A stretch of 63,628 nucleotides of DNA, counting the filler. It is 11 parts of 11 records of this genome, joined end to end, with 100 filler letters (N's around TTAATTAATTAA, not from the genome) between each part and the next. Parts side by side here need not be neighbours in the genome. Positions count along the whole stretch, not along the records: positions 1 to 12,140 come from SRR7504441_9576; 10 more parts are not named here. One strand, given 5' to 3'. Both the position numbers and the translations under genes were made by a program. Shown here in pieces: positions 1 to 12,140 of the stretch; within the stretch, counting starts at the first letter, position 1, and every line of letters begins with the position of its first letter. The notes under the pieces were generated by a model. That model saw only the letters and a list, made by a program, of their open reading frames with translations. It did no database searches and was not told the DNA's origin.

Positions 1-31
1 GTTCTCTGGGCTGCAGCACCGGGTGGCGGCG

Positions 32-832
32 ATGGACGGCATGTCACTGGATCAGCGCCTGGCCCGGGTCGAGGCTCGAATGGGGCTGGCCGACACGCCC
101 GAGAGCCGATCGACCAAGGTTCTGGTACCGTTCGGGACCGACGTTCTCAAGGAGGAGGTGCTGTTCACCGCGGACGAGCTCAAGGCGGCGGTCAAGCGGG
201 TAGCGCAAAAGATAAACCAGGACTACGCCTGGGTCTCCTCCGACAGCGAGTTGGTGCTGGTCGGCCTGCTGACCGGGGTGTTCATGTTTCAGGCATCCCC
301 GCTCGCCCGCTCCCGGCTGACCGGAGGTTGCAGGCCGATCTGGCCCGGGAAATCAACGTCCCGCACACGGTGGACTTCGTGGTGGCCAGCTCCTACGGGG
401 CCTCAACGGTCTCGGCTGGGAACGTAAAGATCAAGAAGGACCCCAACAGTGCCCCCTCCACCGCCGGCCGGCCGGCTGAGCGGGCCGGCAGTGAGCGTGA
501 AAGGCAAGCACGTGATCCTTGTGGACGAGATGTGCGACAGTGGCCGCACGATGGCCTGTCTGCGGGCGCTGATGGAGTCGCGTGAGGCTAAGTCCGTCCG
601 GACCTGCGTGATGTTTGATAAGAAAGCGCGCCGGGCTGTCGAGATTGAGTGCGGTGCGGGCCGGCCGGGGGGGCAGGCTGAGTGTGGGGCAGACTACATC
701 GGGCTGCAGTGCCCGGACGAGTTTGTGGTGGGGTATGGGATGGACTGGGGCGAGCGGTTCCGGTCAATCCCTCACGTGGCTGTGGTCAAGCCGAGCGCTT
801 ATGCGCCGGATCTGATGCAAGAATCGACCTGA
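32..832 (+). CDS. HPRT: Hypoxanthine-guanine phosphoribosyltransferase, 3 introns (293-333 GC-AG, 449-491, 654-692); start uncertain near the contig edge
   Basis: Splicing restores LVGLLTGVFMFQ|ADLAREI, VDFVVASSYG, the PRPP loop VILVDEMCDSGRT and EFVVGYGMDW. Confidence 0.93.
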
Positions 833-1193
833 GCCGGTGCAGATAGTATAGTGCAGATAGGGGTCTCGATATGGGTCTGTGACAGTCCGCTCTTGACTTG
901 TGCATGCTTAGGAAAATAAAGTATTACATGTACTGGTGGGTTTGTACAATCATCATGATCATGATCATGATCGTAATCTTACGTACTAAGGCACGAGTAC
1001 GAGTACAATCATGTAATGGTTCATTAGCGGGGTGTTTAGTGAGAAGTCTACTAGGAGTACGAATACTTACAATCGTCTTGGCTACGGAACTCGACACTCT
1101 GATTGCTGATACCGATCTTGTCAGGATCTTGTCTCCGTGTAGTCTCAATGTGCACATGAGCCCCAACACAACAATGAGTTACTGTACATTAAT

Positions 1194-2963
1194 TCAGCTT
1201 ATGGTGTAATTCGGCGGCGGCTGGTCAACACTGGTGCGAACTTCCCGACGGAGCCCACTCACCAGCCCCTCGAGCGAGGGCGAGCCCCTCCTGCGTCCCG
1301 GGCTGGCCGCCTCTGCCCGGAGCGCTTGGTACGTGTCGGGCGAGCCTTGCTGCAGCTCCCTCTGCAGGCAGTGCAGTGCGCTCGGCCCAGGCGGCGGCCG
1401 GACGGGGCTCTGTGAGCAGACCAATTGGTCCCTCAGCCTCCCGCCCGGTGCCGGCGGCTCGACAGGCACTGGCGGCGGAGCGCCGACCGCTCCAGCTGGG
1501 CCGTGGATCAGGCCGGGGCGCGGGGCTGGGAGGCACCGTGCAGGGCCTGGGACATCATTCTCAGCAACTGGGCCATCTGGGCGCACAGCGTGCCCGCAGT
1601 CCGCAGAGTGCAGTCGTGCGCCGCCGCCAGACGCGTCTGGCCCGCCGGTCAGCTCAGCCAGCACTCCGGCTACCTCGATGGAGCTGTGTGCTGGCTGGTC
1701 GAGCTTGGGCTGCGCTGCAGCGGCCAGCCCATGTGCCGCCGACACCATCGTGTCCAGCGCCTCAGCCGCCTGCCTGGCCGCTGCCCCAAGCGCCTCGCCC
1801 TCCGGCTGCTCCGCCTTAGCCAGCTGGCACAGCAGCGTCATCCTGGCCCATCCCTCCGGCCAGCCACAGGCCGGCCCACTTTTCAACCAGTCCAGCACAC
1901 GCCTCCTCCACAGGCTGGGCCATCTCTGCCAGGACACCGGCCGCCCCGCCCTGGCCCGGCCGCTCGCCCAGCCCACGACAGACGGGCGCCTGATGCAGCG
2001 AGGCCGCAGCCGTCCTCCTGAGCTCCTGGTCTTGCTCTAGCAGCTGCTGGGCCGCCGCCGCCAGGTGCGGCTGGCCCGACTCCAGGATGGCCAGCGCCGC
2101 CCGGTGCTGATGCACAGTAGCGTCTGTGAACTCGGCTAGCCCTGGGTCCGGCCTGCACTCGGCTGAGGCTTTCAGCCACCAGAGGCTGCCACCGCTTGGC
2201 GTGCAGTATCAGCGGGGCCACTTCAGTCCAGTGCACCGGCACCGTGCCCGAGGCCAAGCTGACGCACTTGCGGGCGGCCAGCGCAGCCTGCTCGATATCG
2301 GGCCACAGGTCTGCGAGGTTTAAGTCCGAGCGGACAGCGTTGGCCAGCCGATCTGTGCTTGCGGAGCAGTGCTCTGCGGCCTGCTCGAACGCCCAGAGCT
2401 GCTGGCCCTTGACCGAGCCTATCCCGCCGTGCCGGGCTGGCGATCCGTTGAGCTGAGCCAGAAGCTTGACGTCGCTGTCTAGCCCCATCTGCCACCACTG
2501 CACCAGGAGCGCCTCCCTCTGCAAGGACTCGAGCAGCAAGAGCAGGCAATCACGCTGCCCGCCGCCCGTCTGCGCACTCTCGGGCTTGGGTGCGGACAAC
2601 TCGGCCACCCGAGCCTCGAGCCCCCTGCCCGCCCACTCGCTGGACCCCGGCCAGCCGCGCACTCAATCTTTGCCCGGGCCGCACGCAGTTCAGCCGACTC
2701 GCCAGCCGGACCCACAGCGGGCTCGGGTCGCCTCAGCGGGCTCGGGTCGCGCCTCTGCGGGCTCGAGTCGCGCGGGGGCGCCAGCCGGGAGTTTAGGGGA
2801 GTGCTGGGGGCCTGGAGCGACGACTTGAGCTGGGCCAGCGACAGGGTCGGGTCGGCGGCCAGCATCCCGCGGGCCTGCCCCCAGTCGGGCGGGCGTGGCG
2901 GGCGGGCACCCGCTGCACCAGCGAGAGCACGCTGCTCTCGCCCGACTCAGCCTGGACAACCAT
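1194..2963 (-). CDS. Hypothetical alpha-helical protein, multi-exon
   Basis: ATG at 2963. Successive Leu/Ala/Glu-rich open segments join through ~35-45 nt GT/GC-AG introns and are flanked by AT-rich intergenic DNA. No family recognised. Confidence 0.55.
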
Positions 2964-3367
2964 GGACCAAATTAAATCGTATTTTCTCTTTCATCTTTCA
3001 GAAGACGTCACAGATGGCATCATGATGCCTCTGCCGGGTACCCTGCCCGAACCGCCCTTAGACCACCCTTTAGAATGACTTGCAATTACCCAGACCATTC
3101 TCAACTCACTGTAAGCCCTCATAGGGTGCAATACGACCGGTCATATGCATACAGACCTATCGTTGATTGATTGATGCGGTATTGTGTCGATTGTGTGTGT
3201 TAAATTGAACAATCTTGGAAGACGCGGATGGACGCGCAGGTCTCAAGAGGCAGGCAAGGCTGACAGGCCGAGCGTTTGAGGCTAGACAAATGTAAGCGAC
3301 GGCTTGGTTTGAGGTTTTTATGGGTGTAAAAGAGAAATGGTTAGTACATGACTTGAGCAGGCAACGT

Positions 3368-4124
3368 CTACTCGTCGTCCTCATCACCACCGGCAGCGCC
3401 GCCGGCCATGGACTTCCTCTTCACGCGGCCAGGGCGGCCGCCGCCGAATGGCGAGGAGACGGAGAACTCGATGTGGGGCTGGGACTCGACCCGGACCATG
3501 AACGAGGGCACGTCCACGATCTGATGCCCGACCCTGCAACCGGCTCAGCAGGCTGGCCGATCGTGCGGCGGGACCGGATGTGCTTCTGCTTGATCAGCAC
3601 GCGGGCGTGGTGGATGCTCTTGGCGAGTCCGCGCTTGAAGACGAGGGTCTGGAGACGCCGCTCCAAGAAGTCCTCAACCTTCAGCTCGAGCACGTAATCC
3701 AGACGCTGCCCGGCCTAGTGAACCTCCGGTCCCGGGATGTGCGCACCTGCTTGTCCTCGTCAAGGATTCCGTACCGGATCATGCGGCGCATCAAGGCCTG
3801 GCCCTGGAAGATCCGCTCCGGGTCCTGCGGCAACAAGGGTGAGGCCTCCCAGACATCCCGTGGTCCTAGAACTCCTCCGAGACGGTATGTCTGGGCCGTC
3901 TAGGGGGGGGGGGGAGCGCAAGTTACCCGCTCCTCGAGCGTGAGGAGGCGACGGGCCACGGCCCGCACTTTGGACAGGATGAGACCGACACGCCAGATCT
4001 CGCGCTTGGTCTTGAGGCCGTATGTGCCGATCATCTGGAGCTCCTTGTCCAGACGCTCCTTGTCATACGCACGCCTCGGGCTCTTGGTGGTTTTGGAGAA
4101 GTTGCGCAGCTGATACCGCACCAT
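3368..4124 (-). CDS. RPS9: 40S ribosomal protein S9 (uS4), 3 introns (one of 102 nt at 3825-3926, two of ~41 nt)
   Basis: [26 protein letters not shown]...[15 protein letters not shown]...[26 protein letters not shown]...[12 protein letters not shown] at 3368-3370. Confidence 0.97.
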
Positions 4125-4538
4125 TGCTCAACACCCTCTTGGGTTGCTCCTACGAGCGAGCGCAAGCCAACGGTAACGGACTCTACGCAAAATCGCTCCC
4201 CTGAACACCAGCTAACGCAGAGAGCGAGAGAATAGTAAGAGAGCCACCACAGAGGCACGAGATAGGCACGAGAGGCACTAGGGAAAGGCTGTCAAGGGAC
4301 ATAGAAGGGACATAGAAGGGACAAGCTTAACAAGGGACCATTGAAGTTTCATGATGAGCTTACGACTCTATAACAACCTTACCAATCTACCTAGGCGCCT
4401 TCGTACATTATTCGTACATGACATTGTAACTGAGAACTAACTGAGAACTGCCTGGGCTTTGCTAGCGTGCCGGCTGACCTGACTCAGTATCACTTTGGTG
4501 GGTTGGCCGTGACTCAGGACTCGAGTGCATGCTCATAC

Positions 4539-6844
4539 TTATTTCGCGGGAGGAGGTCCCATACTGCCGACCTTGTTGAATTTTCCGTGCATAGAGAAGT
4601 ACCTGACCCACCATTTGTCAGGTACAACTTGGCGATCTGAGCAACACACGATGCATTCGCTGCGTTCACTGCCTTCTGCTTCTCAGCATCTGGGTTGCCA
4701 AGCTCGATACCCTACGCAACATCTCTCACAAGGCTCTAACGTGGTGGCTGCGACTACAGGTTTGCCATAGGCACTAGTTGGCTGGCTGAGTGATGACCAC
4801 GCAAGGGCTGGCACCTGGATAGGAGTGAAGACGAGACTAGACGAAATGCCGGACGTGGTCCCTGCAGAAACCCGACCGCTCAGCATCCAATCGTTAGATT
4901 GGTAGCCCACCCGCACTCCGCCGACTGACATTGGTCCGAGCACCGCCAATTGCACTCCGACGGCCATCGATTGTGCTCGCCCGACCGGGCACCACGCTAT
5001 TCTTCCCGCCAATAACACTCTGGCCTCCACCCTGCCCTTGAGCCACCCGCATACGCTTGAGCGCTTTCTCTCCTGCTACTTTAATATTCTTCTCTTCTGC
5101 AGCCGACATTCTGATTTTGCCGGTTCCCTTGTGCCCTGGCAAACAACGGACTCAGCCACTGAGCAGAGGCTTGCACACGGACCGATCATCCCCAAACTTT
5201 CCATTGTATTCCCCGTGTACATCCCCTCATCCTGCGATGCGAACGCCACCCGACTCGCTTGCTTCATCAAGTCAGAAGCTTGGTACTTCTCTTTGATCTT
5301 CCGCATCCGTTTCCCACCTCTCGTCTTACGGGGCGCGTCATCCGGCGCAGGGAGCGCCTGCATCCGATGGCGCCAGGCGGATCGCTGCCTGGCACCCGGA
5401 TCTGTCGTGCTGGTGGCGGCTCAAGCCACTTCTCGATCGTTTCCTCGATTTGCTTCCTAAACTGCACCAACTGCACTCAGCTGCAGCCCCGTTGAACAAC
5501 GCACCGCTTGACCTGCTCTGCCTGAAGGGTCCTCCCTGGACTCATCTACTCGGGCAGCCAGCGTCGCCTGAGATCAGTCACTACTCTGCTCCGGCATGGA
5601 AGCGAAGCGCACCTTGCCAGCCACCAGCCGCATCACCCGGCGCTTCAGAGTAGGTTGGTTGCCGGTCACTATGTCACATTCCTGTATCACTCCGAAATGC
5701 ACCTCCGCCTGTCGAGAAGACATCCCGCCCAGGTTCTTCTTTTGGGATCCGAGCGACATTACTGTGTTCGAGGTGAGCTTGGCCAGGGCCGCCAGTCCGC
5801 CTAGCAGCAGGTCAGCCGCCGCCTAGCGCCAGCCGCGCACCAGCCACCCCGAGTAGCTTTGCAGCGACCTCTGAGCCGATGATAGCTGTCAGATTCGGCG
5901 CCACCTTGAGCAATCGGCTTTCGACAAAGCCCAGGATCTTCTGCTTGGCCGCATCCAGGTTAAACATCTCCTCGCAGCCCTCGATCGTGAGCGCCATCTC
6001 CTCGGGAGATAGTGGGCTCCCGTTGGTGGTGGATCCAGTCACCGAGACCACCTACGGCCGCTCCAGCCCGGCGCGCACAGCAGGCACCATGATGGTGGCC
6101 GAGGGCAGAATCCCGCTCAGGTCGATATTGGCCATCTCAGTCTCGTTGCCGATCCGCTTGACCACGCGCGCGTAGTCGAGTGCATTGGGCACGAGAGACT
6201 CGAGCTCGGGGAACTTGATGCAGTACCTGTCTCGGATAAACTTGTGCACGTCTTCCACCTGGCGCCGGCCGCTAGCTCGTGCTGGTCAGCAGGTCGGCTC
6301 CGCACCTCCAACGCGATCTCGTTTACCACCGCGTTGCACTCGACTATCAGCTCATACTCTGGGTCCACCTGGGGGGGGGCTCTCGTGGCCGCTGCCAGCC
6401 CGGCCGCCACCTCGTTGAGCCCAGGCGCTCCGCCCACAGGCTGCTGGCCGCCCAGGCGTTCGATTTCCTGCAGCCAGCTCCAGGCGCGCCGGCGCGCCGT
6501 GCGCACCTTGAGCAGGGTCTGGGCCCGCTCTGTTTTGAGCAGCTTGGCCACGCTGCTGACGTCGGTTTGCCTGGAACGGCTGTGAGGCCCAGCCCAGTCA
6601 GGCGCGCGGGTGCTCACTTGAGCGACTCGAGCACCAGCTCGGCGTCCTCGGGCTCCTCGACTTCCTGCGCCCGCGTCGGCCGCGCTGCTGTCGGCGCGGC
6701 GCACCATGTCGTCGATCTTCTGCGCAGCGTCCTCCTCGCCGGAGTCGTCATCCAGCTCCTCGAGATCGGCCAGGAACTCATCCGCGAGCGTAGTCTGCAC
6801 ACAGAAGCAGCGCGTCAGTCCCGAAACCCAGCTCGGCGCACCAT
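4539..6844 (-). CDS. PRPF31: U4/U6 snRNP protein Prp31 (Nop domain), about 13 short GT-AG introns, the first immediately after the ATG (6795-6841)
   Basis: TLADEFLADLE, DPEYELIVECN, HKFIRDRYCIKFPELESLV, APNLTAIIGSEVAAKLLG, IEKWLEPPP, ALPAPDDAPRKTRGGKRMRKIKE, SSLVFTPIQ|GIEL. Confidence 0.95.
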
Positions 6845-7326
6845 TTCTCGGTTGGCACACCGGCGGAGACGAAAAGCGAGAGCCTGAGACGCTCAGCAGA
6901 GAGGGTCCTGACCGCGTGTAGACCGCGTGAGGGGGCGAGGGTGCGGTGGTCGTGGGGCGCGGTCGTCGAGCTGGATACGGGCACAGTGGTGCAGATCAGC
7001 GGCCACACGCGCCAAGTGCCGTCCTAAACGTGCAAGGATCGGAGTACGATATCAATCACTTTTGGCAATTTGCACGAAGTACAAGTGTATGCACGAAGGG
7101 TGCAGTGCGAGAGTAAGCACATCCTGCAGGACCCGGCCCCAAACCAGAACAGCAATGGCTCCGTGAAGCGCAACAACCCAATATTTAAAGGCTAGGCCGC
7201 TTCAGGGTTCGGTGGACAACGCGTCAGCACTCAGTTCTTGGGATGAGAGTCCGTTGAGAGCTGGGCTCGCGACCGAGGAGGGCCACTCGCGAGCCGGACC
7301 GGGTGCTTAGTCTCGCGTCGTAAAGA

Positions 7327-10263
7327 ATGGACGAGCAGCTCTACGACGAGTTCGGCAACTACATCGGCCCGGAGCTGGACGAGGATGACGACGACGACGA
7401 GGCAGACTGGCTGGAGCACCTGCCCGACCGGCAGGGCGAGGAGGGGCAGCAGCAGCAGGACGCGCCGATGGAGGAGGAGGAGGAGGAGGAGGACCCTGGG
7501 AATCAGATTGTGCTGCATGAGGACAAAAAGTACTACCCGGACAACGACCAGGTCTACCCGGACGCCGAGACGCTGGTGATGGACGAGGACGCCCAGCCGC
7601 TCGAGGAGCCGCTGGTCGCCCCAGTCAAGTCGCGCAACTTCCTGGCCAAGGACCGGAGCCCGGTGACCACCTTCGACACGGAATTCATGGTGAGCCTGAT
7701 GGAGCACCCGCAGCTGTCCCGGTGCGTGGCGCTGGCCGGGCAGCTGCACCACGGCAAGACTGCCTTCATGGACACTCTGGTCCAACAGACCCACGACACA
7801 GAGTGGGAGGGCGACGACGCGCAGGGCAACCTAGAGAAGGACTACAGGTACACGGACACCCGTCAGGACGAGCAGTACCGCGGGTTGTCGATCAAGTGCA
7901 CTCCGATGTCGCTCGTGCTGCCGGACCTGAAGCAAAAGTCGTTCCTGATGCAGCTGATGGACTGCCCGGGCAACGTCAACTTCTGCGACGAGATGAGCGC
8001 GGCCTACCGGCTGTGCGATGGCGTGGCGGTGGTGATCGACGTGTGTGAGGGCGTGATGATGGTTACGGAGATGGCGTTGAAGGCTGCCGTAAGGGAGAAG
8101 CTGGCAATTGTGGTGGTTCTGAATAAAATCGACAGGCTGGTGACCGAGCTCAAGCTCCCACCCGCGGATGCGTACCACAAGCTCCGGCATACCATCGACG
8201 AGGTCAACAGTATCTTGTCTTTCTGCTCCAATGATGAGTCGATCCATGTCTCCCCGGAGAAGGGCAACGTGTGCTTCGCCTCATCACTCTATGGCTGGTC
8301 CTTCACTCTGAAACAGTTTGCTAAGATATACGCGGACTACTACGGCGGGTTCGATTCGCGGGAGCTAGCCCAGCGCCTGTGGGGAGATATATGGTATGAT
8401 GCCCCCGAGCGCAAGTTCCGACGCAAGTCGCCCGGAGGCGGCCTGCAGCGTACGTTTGTGCACTTTGTGCTCGAGCCGATCTACAAGGTGCACGCGCAGG
8501 TGCTGGGGGAGCACTCTGACGAGCTCGGGGATGTCCTCGGTCAGATAGGCGTGCGGCTGAACAAGAAGGAGCTGCAGGCCAATGCCAAGCCTCTGCTGAA
8601 GATGGTGATGCAGAGGTGGCTGGGTGAGGCCACAGGCTTCGTGGACATGTGTGCTGAGTTCATACCTTCACCGGTCGCAGCTGCAGAGACGAAAACCCGA
8701 CACACATACATGGGCCCGACAGACAGCAAAATCTTCCAGGATATGGCAAACTGCGATCCCAATGGCGAGCTGATGATTCAGGTGACGAAACTGTACAACA
8801 CTGCAGATGCGACTGCGTTCCATGCATTTGGGCGAGTGATGAGTGGCACTCTCCGGCCGGGAGACCGCGTGCGTGTGCTTGGCGAAGGATACTCAATGGA
8901 TGACGATGAGGACATGGCCATCAAAGACGTCGGTAGGCTGTGGGTGGCAGAGGGCAGGTATCATGTGGAGATCACCGGGGTTGTAGCTGGGAACTGGGTG
9001 CTGATCGAGGACATTGATCAGTCTATTATCAAGACCGCAACCGTCGCAGCTCGAGAGTGCCAAGACGCAGCTATCTTCAGGCCACTGCAGCATGACACAA
9101 TTGCCGTGTGCAAAGTGGCAGTTGAGCCTCTGAATCCGTCAGAGCTGCCCAAGATGTTGGAGGGCTTGCGTAAGATTAGCAAGAGCTATGGCCTGGCCTC
9201 AACCCGTGTGGAGGAATCGGGAGAGCATGTTATCCTAGGCACTGGCGAGCTGTACTTGGATTGTATCATGTACGACTTGCGGCACATGTACTCGGAGATC
9301 GAGATTAAAGTGGCTGACCCTGTGGTTGCGTTCTGCGAGACTGTGGTGGAGACTTCCTCACTCAAGTGCTTTGCTGAGACTCCAAACAAGAAGAACAAGC
9401 TGACGATGATTGCTGAACCGCTTGAAAAAGGTTTGGCTGATGACATTGAAGCAGGGGCGGTTGACATCACTTGGGGCCGGAAGAAGCTAGGTGACTTCTT
9501 CCAGTCAAAGTATGAGTGGGATCTGTTGGCCGCCCGCTCGATTTGGGCTTTCGGGCCGGAGATGAACGGCCCAAATGTGTTGGTGGACGACACACTTCCC
9601 ACAGAAGTCGACAAGAAGCTGCTGAGCACATGCCGCGAGAGCATTGTCCAGGGATTCCAGTGGGGTACGCGTGAAGGCCCTCTGTGTGATGAACCGATCC
9701 GCAATGTCAAGTTCAAGATTCTGGATGCTGTGATTGCGCCTGAGCCTATCAACCGCGGGAGCGGCCAGATCATTCCGACTGCTCGCCGTGTGGCCTACTC
9801 TGCATTCCTGATGGCCACACCTCGGATGATGGAGCCTATCTTTTCTATCGAGATCCAGTCGCCTGCTGACAGCATTGCACCAATCTACACAGTGCTAGGG
9901 CGCCGGCGAGGGCATGTGCTTCATGAGGCTGCTATGCCTGGCACACCATTGACCAAAATGAAAGCCCTCATCCCTGTGATCGACTCCTATGGGTTCGAGA
10001 CGGATTTGCGAACACACTCACAGGGGCAAGCTTTCTGTCTGCAGAAGTTTGATCACTGGGAAGTCGTACCTGGCGACCCGCTGGACCGCAGCATTGTGCT
10101 CAGGCCTCTAGAACCGTGTATGGCCAACCAGCTGGCTCGGGAATTCATGATTAAGACTCGCCGAAGGAAGGGTTTGAGCGAGGATGTCAGCGTGTCCAAG
10201 TTCTTTGATGACCCGATGCTACTCGAGTTGGCAAAGCAAGACACCGAGATGGGGTACTTTTAA
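7327..10263 (+). CDS. EFTUD2: U5 snRNP 116-kDa EF-2-like GTPase Snu114, intronless
   Basis: [11 protein letters not shown] start, [11 protein letters not shown], GTPase motifs GQLHHGKT and [41 protein letters not shown] end. Confidence 0.98.
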   Translation: MDEQLYDEFGNYIGPELDEDDDDDEADWLEHLPDRQGEEGQQQQDAPMEEEEEEEDPGNQIVLHEDKKYYPDNDQVYPDAETLVMDEDAQPLEEPLVAPVKSRNFLAKDRSPVTTFDTEFMVSLMEHPQLSRCVALAGQLHHGKTAFMDTLVQQTHDTEWEGDDAQGNLEKDYRYTDTRQDEQYRGLSIKCTPMSLVLPDLKQKSFLMQLMDCPGNVNFCDEMSAAYRLCDGVAVVIDVCEGVMMVTEMALKAAVREKLAIVVVLNKIDRLVTELKLPPADAYHKLRHTIDEVNSILSFCSNDESIHVSPEKGNVCFASSLYGWSFTLKQFAKIYADYYGGFDSRELAQRLWGDIWYDAPERKFRRKSPGGGLQRTFVHFVLEPIYKVHAQVLGEHSDELGDVLGQIGVRLNKKELQANAKPLLKMVMQRWLGEATGFVDMCAEFIPSPVAAAETKTRHTYMGPTDSKIFQDMANCDPNGELMIQVTKLYNTADATAFHAFGRVMSGTLRPGDRVRVLGEGYSMDDDEDMAIKDVGRLWVAEGRYHVEITGVVAGNWVLIEDIDQSIIKTATVAARECQDAAIFRPLQHDTIAVCKVAVEPLNPSELPKMLEGLRKISKSYGLASTRVEESGEHVILGTGELYLDCIMYDLRHMYSEIEIKVADPVVAFCETVVETSSLKCFAETPNKKNKLTMIAEPLEKGLADDIEAGAVDITWGRKKLGDFFQSKYEWDLLAARSIWAFGPEMNGPNVLVDDTLPTEVDKKLLSTCRESIVQGFQWGTREGPLCDEPIRNVKFKILDAVIAPEPINRGSGQIIPTARRVAYSAFLMATPRMMEPIFSIEIQSPADSIAPIYTVLGRRRGHVLHEAAMPGTPLTKMKALIPVIDSYGFETDLRTHSQGQAFCLQKFDHWEVVPGDPLDRSIVLRPLEPCMANQLAREFMIKTRRRKGLSEDVSVSKFFDDPMLLELAKQDTEMGYF

Positions 10264-10381
10264 GTACTCGTACTTAAGCGAGTAGTAGTATTCCGTATTA
10301 TGAAGTCAATACACGATTGTATAATGCAAAACAATAATTTGCTCACACTGAATCTAGAGAAACTTTAATTAAGAAACTTGT

Positions 10382-11275
10382 CTATAGTGGACTAATAGTG
10401 GACACGTTGAGTAGCGGTAGAGTAGCGGTTGTCAGCTCGGAGCAGGGTTGTAGTTGATTTTGCAAGTGATGAACCGAGCTGAATGAACTGAGCTCCTGTT
10501 CAACTCGCGAGGCGAATGTCCTCCTTGAGCACAGGCACCAATCTCGTGGAAACCCCAATTGCCCAGGTTTTATTTTCTTCAGCTTTGAGAATGCGCCCGA
10601 AGCGGAGTGAAGTACCAGGTCAACAAGCGGCACCCATTTGCTTTCTTGGGCACCGTCCTGGTTGATCCACTCCAGCGACAGCAGCATTCGCTGCAGCGCC
10701 ACGTCAAAGCTGATCTCAGGCGCAGCCACAAACGCCTCCTGGATCACCCCCAGCTTGGGCCGGAAGAAGCCCACGCGCAGCCTTTCGGGCAGCCCGGCTA
10801 TGCTCACGGTGCTGGTCAGCGTTGTCTCGTGCAGGTGGTCGCTCCAGCGGCCGATCAGCCGGGCGCAGTCGGCCGCCTCGCAGCAGATCCAGCCTTCCCC
10901 GACGCTGTGCTCTACAAACTGACTGGCTTTTGGTGCGAGGCAGACGGTGCACCGGGCGGACCGTCGGGCCAGCCAGCGCCTTGGCCGGGGGATCGGGTGG
11001 TGCTGCCTGTCGGCCGGCTGGGCGACTCGGCCGGAAGGTTGCCCTGGGAGCAGTGCGGCCGCCATCCGGGCCTGCGCTGAGAGCATCTGGCTGGAGAGGA
11101 GCTGCTCGAGCGCAGCGGCCACTGACACCAGCAGCTCATTCGGCAGCGGCCCGGCCAGCGCGAGCGCCGCCAGCTTGCACCGCCAAACCTCGGGCAGCAG
11201 GCCGGCCCAGCCGGCCCGGAGCTGCGACGGGATCCGGGCGTAGTGCACCTCCTGCAGGCTCTGCTGCGGTGCCAT
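10382..11275 (-). CDS. Hypothetical protein with a Cys cluster (CTVC...WICCEAADC)
   Basis: Open frame from the ATG at 11275 (MAPQQ) to a stop next to AT-rich DNA. The ORF track's upstream extension is the antisense of the FHA gene. Confidence 0.5.
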   Translation of the reverse strand: MAPQQSLQEVHYARIPSQLRAGWAGLLPEVWRCKLAALALAGPLPNELLVSVAAALEQLLSSQMLSAQARMAAALLPGQPSGRVAQPADRQHHPIPRPRRWLARRSARCTVCLAPKASQFVEHSVGEGWICCEAADCARLIGRWSDHLHETTLTSTVSIAGLPERLRVGFFRPKLGVIQEAFVAAPEISFDVALQRMLLSLEWINQDGAQESKWVPLVDLVLHSASGAFSKLKKIKPGQLGFPRDWCLCSRRTFASRVEQELSSFSSVHHLQNQLQPCSELTTATLPLLNVSTISPL

Positions 11276-11324
11276 GCAGGTTCCTATTTTAGGTTGGTTT
11301 TTGGATGGAGGGCTCGGATCTTTG

Positions 11325-12140
11325 ATGGAGGGTGCCGGCGGAGGGGTGCCCGTGCTGCGGGGCGTGGACTCGGTGCAGCAGCTGGTGCCGGGGGCCACGC
11401 TGGTGATCGGCCGGGCCCCGGACTCCGACTTCGTAGTGGCCTCGCGCTCGGTCTCCGGCCGGCACGCGGTGATCGAGCTGCTGGTGGGCGGCGAGGCTAT
11501 GGTCCACGACCTCAACTCGCTCAACGGCACCTTCGTGAACGAGTCGCGGCTCAAGGGCCAGCGGGTGGCCCTGTGTCACGGCGACACGCTCCGGTTTGGG
11601 TACGACGCCGCCAGCTACAGGTTCGAACTGCCAGGGGCCCTGCCCTCCGACCCGGCCCCACCCGTCCTCCCAGAGCCTCAGCCCGGGCCGGTCTCCGGTG
11701 CGGCACGGCCAGCGGCTCCAGTGATGAACGAATGGCTTCCACGTGGCGCGCTCGGCTCGGCCGACGGGGTGGCGGTGGTGACCTCGACCAGCGGCCTCCG
11801 GAATCATCAGGAGCTCCCGCCAGAGAGTCAGATCCTGCCGCCCCGACCGGCCTCCACCGGCCTTGACTGCCCATCTGACGAGGATGAACCCTCGCCGCAG
11901 GCAGCGGTCCGCCCGATGGCCTCACTGGGTGCTTCGGGGCCGGCTGTGGCCACAGGTCCATCTGGGCTGATGTATCGACAGGCCGTAGACGCCCGGCCGA
12001 CCGCTAACGCGAGAACGGCAACTCGTCCAGCGCAGCCGAATGTCGAGCCCGATCGTAATCTAGCAGCACCGGCTGCACAGCGGACAGCCGAGCCAGCAGT
12101 AGAGCCAGCCGTGCAACATGCACCGCAGCCGACGGTGCAA
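11325..12140 (+). CDS. FHA-domain protein with Pro-rich tail, 3' partial
   Basis: LVIGRAPDSD...SVSGRHAVI...VHDLNSLNGTFVN...LCHGDTLRFG matches the FHA signature. Confidence 0.88.

Noticed and set aside
898-1209. 103-aa hydrophobic ORF (IIMIMIMI)
   Set aside because: Comes from an ATGATC microsatellite in an AT-rich convergent 3' region.
3016-3029. Perfect 14-bp palindrome GGCATCATGATGCC upstream of the hypothetical gene
   Set aside because: Single occurrence built on the common ATCATGAT intergenic motif; no other support.
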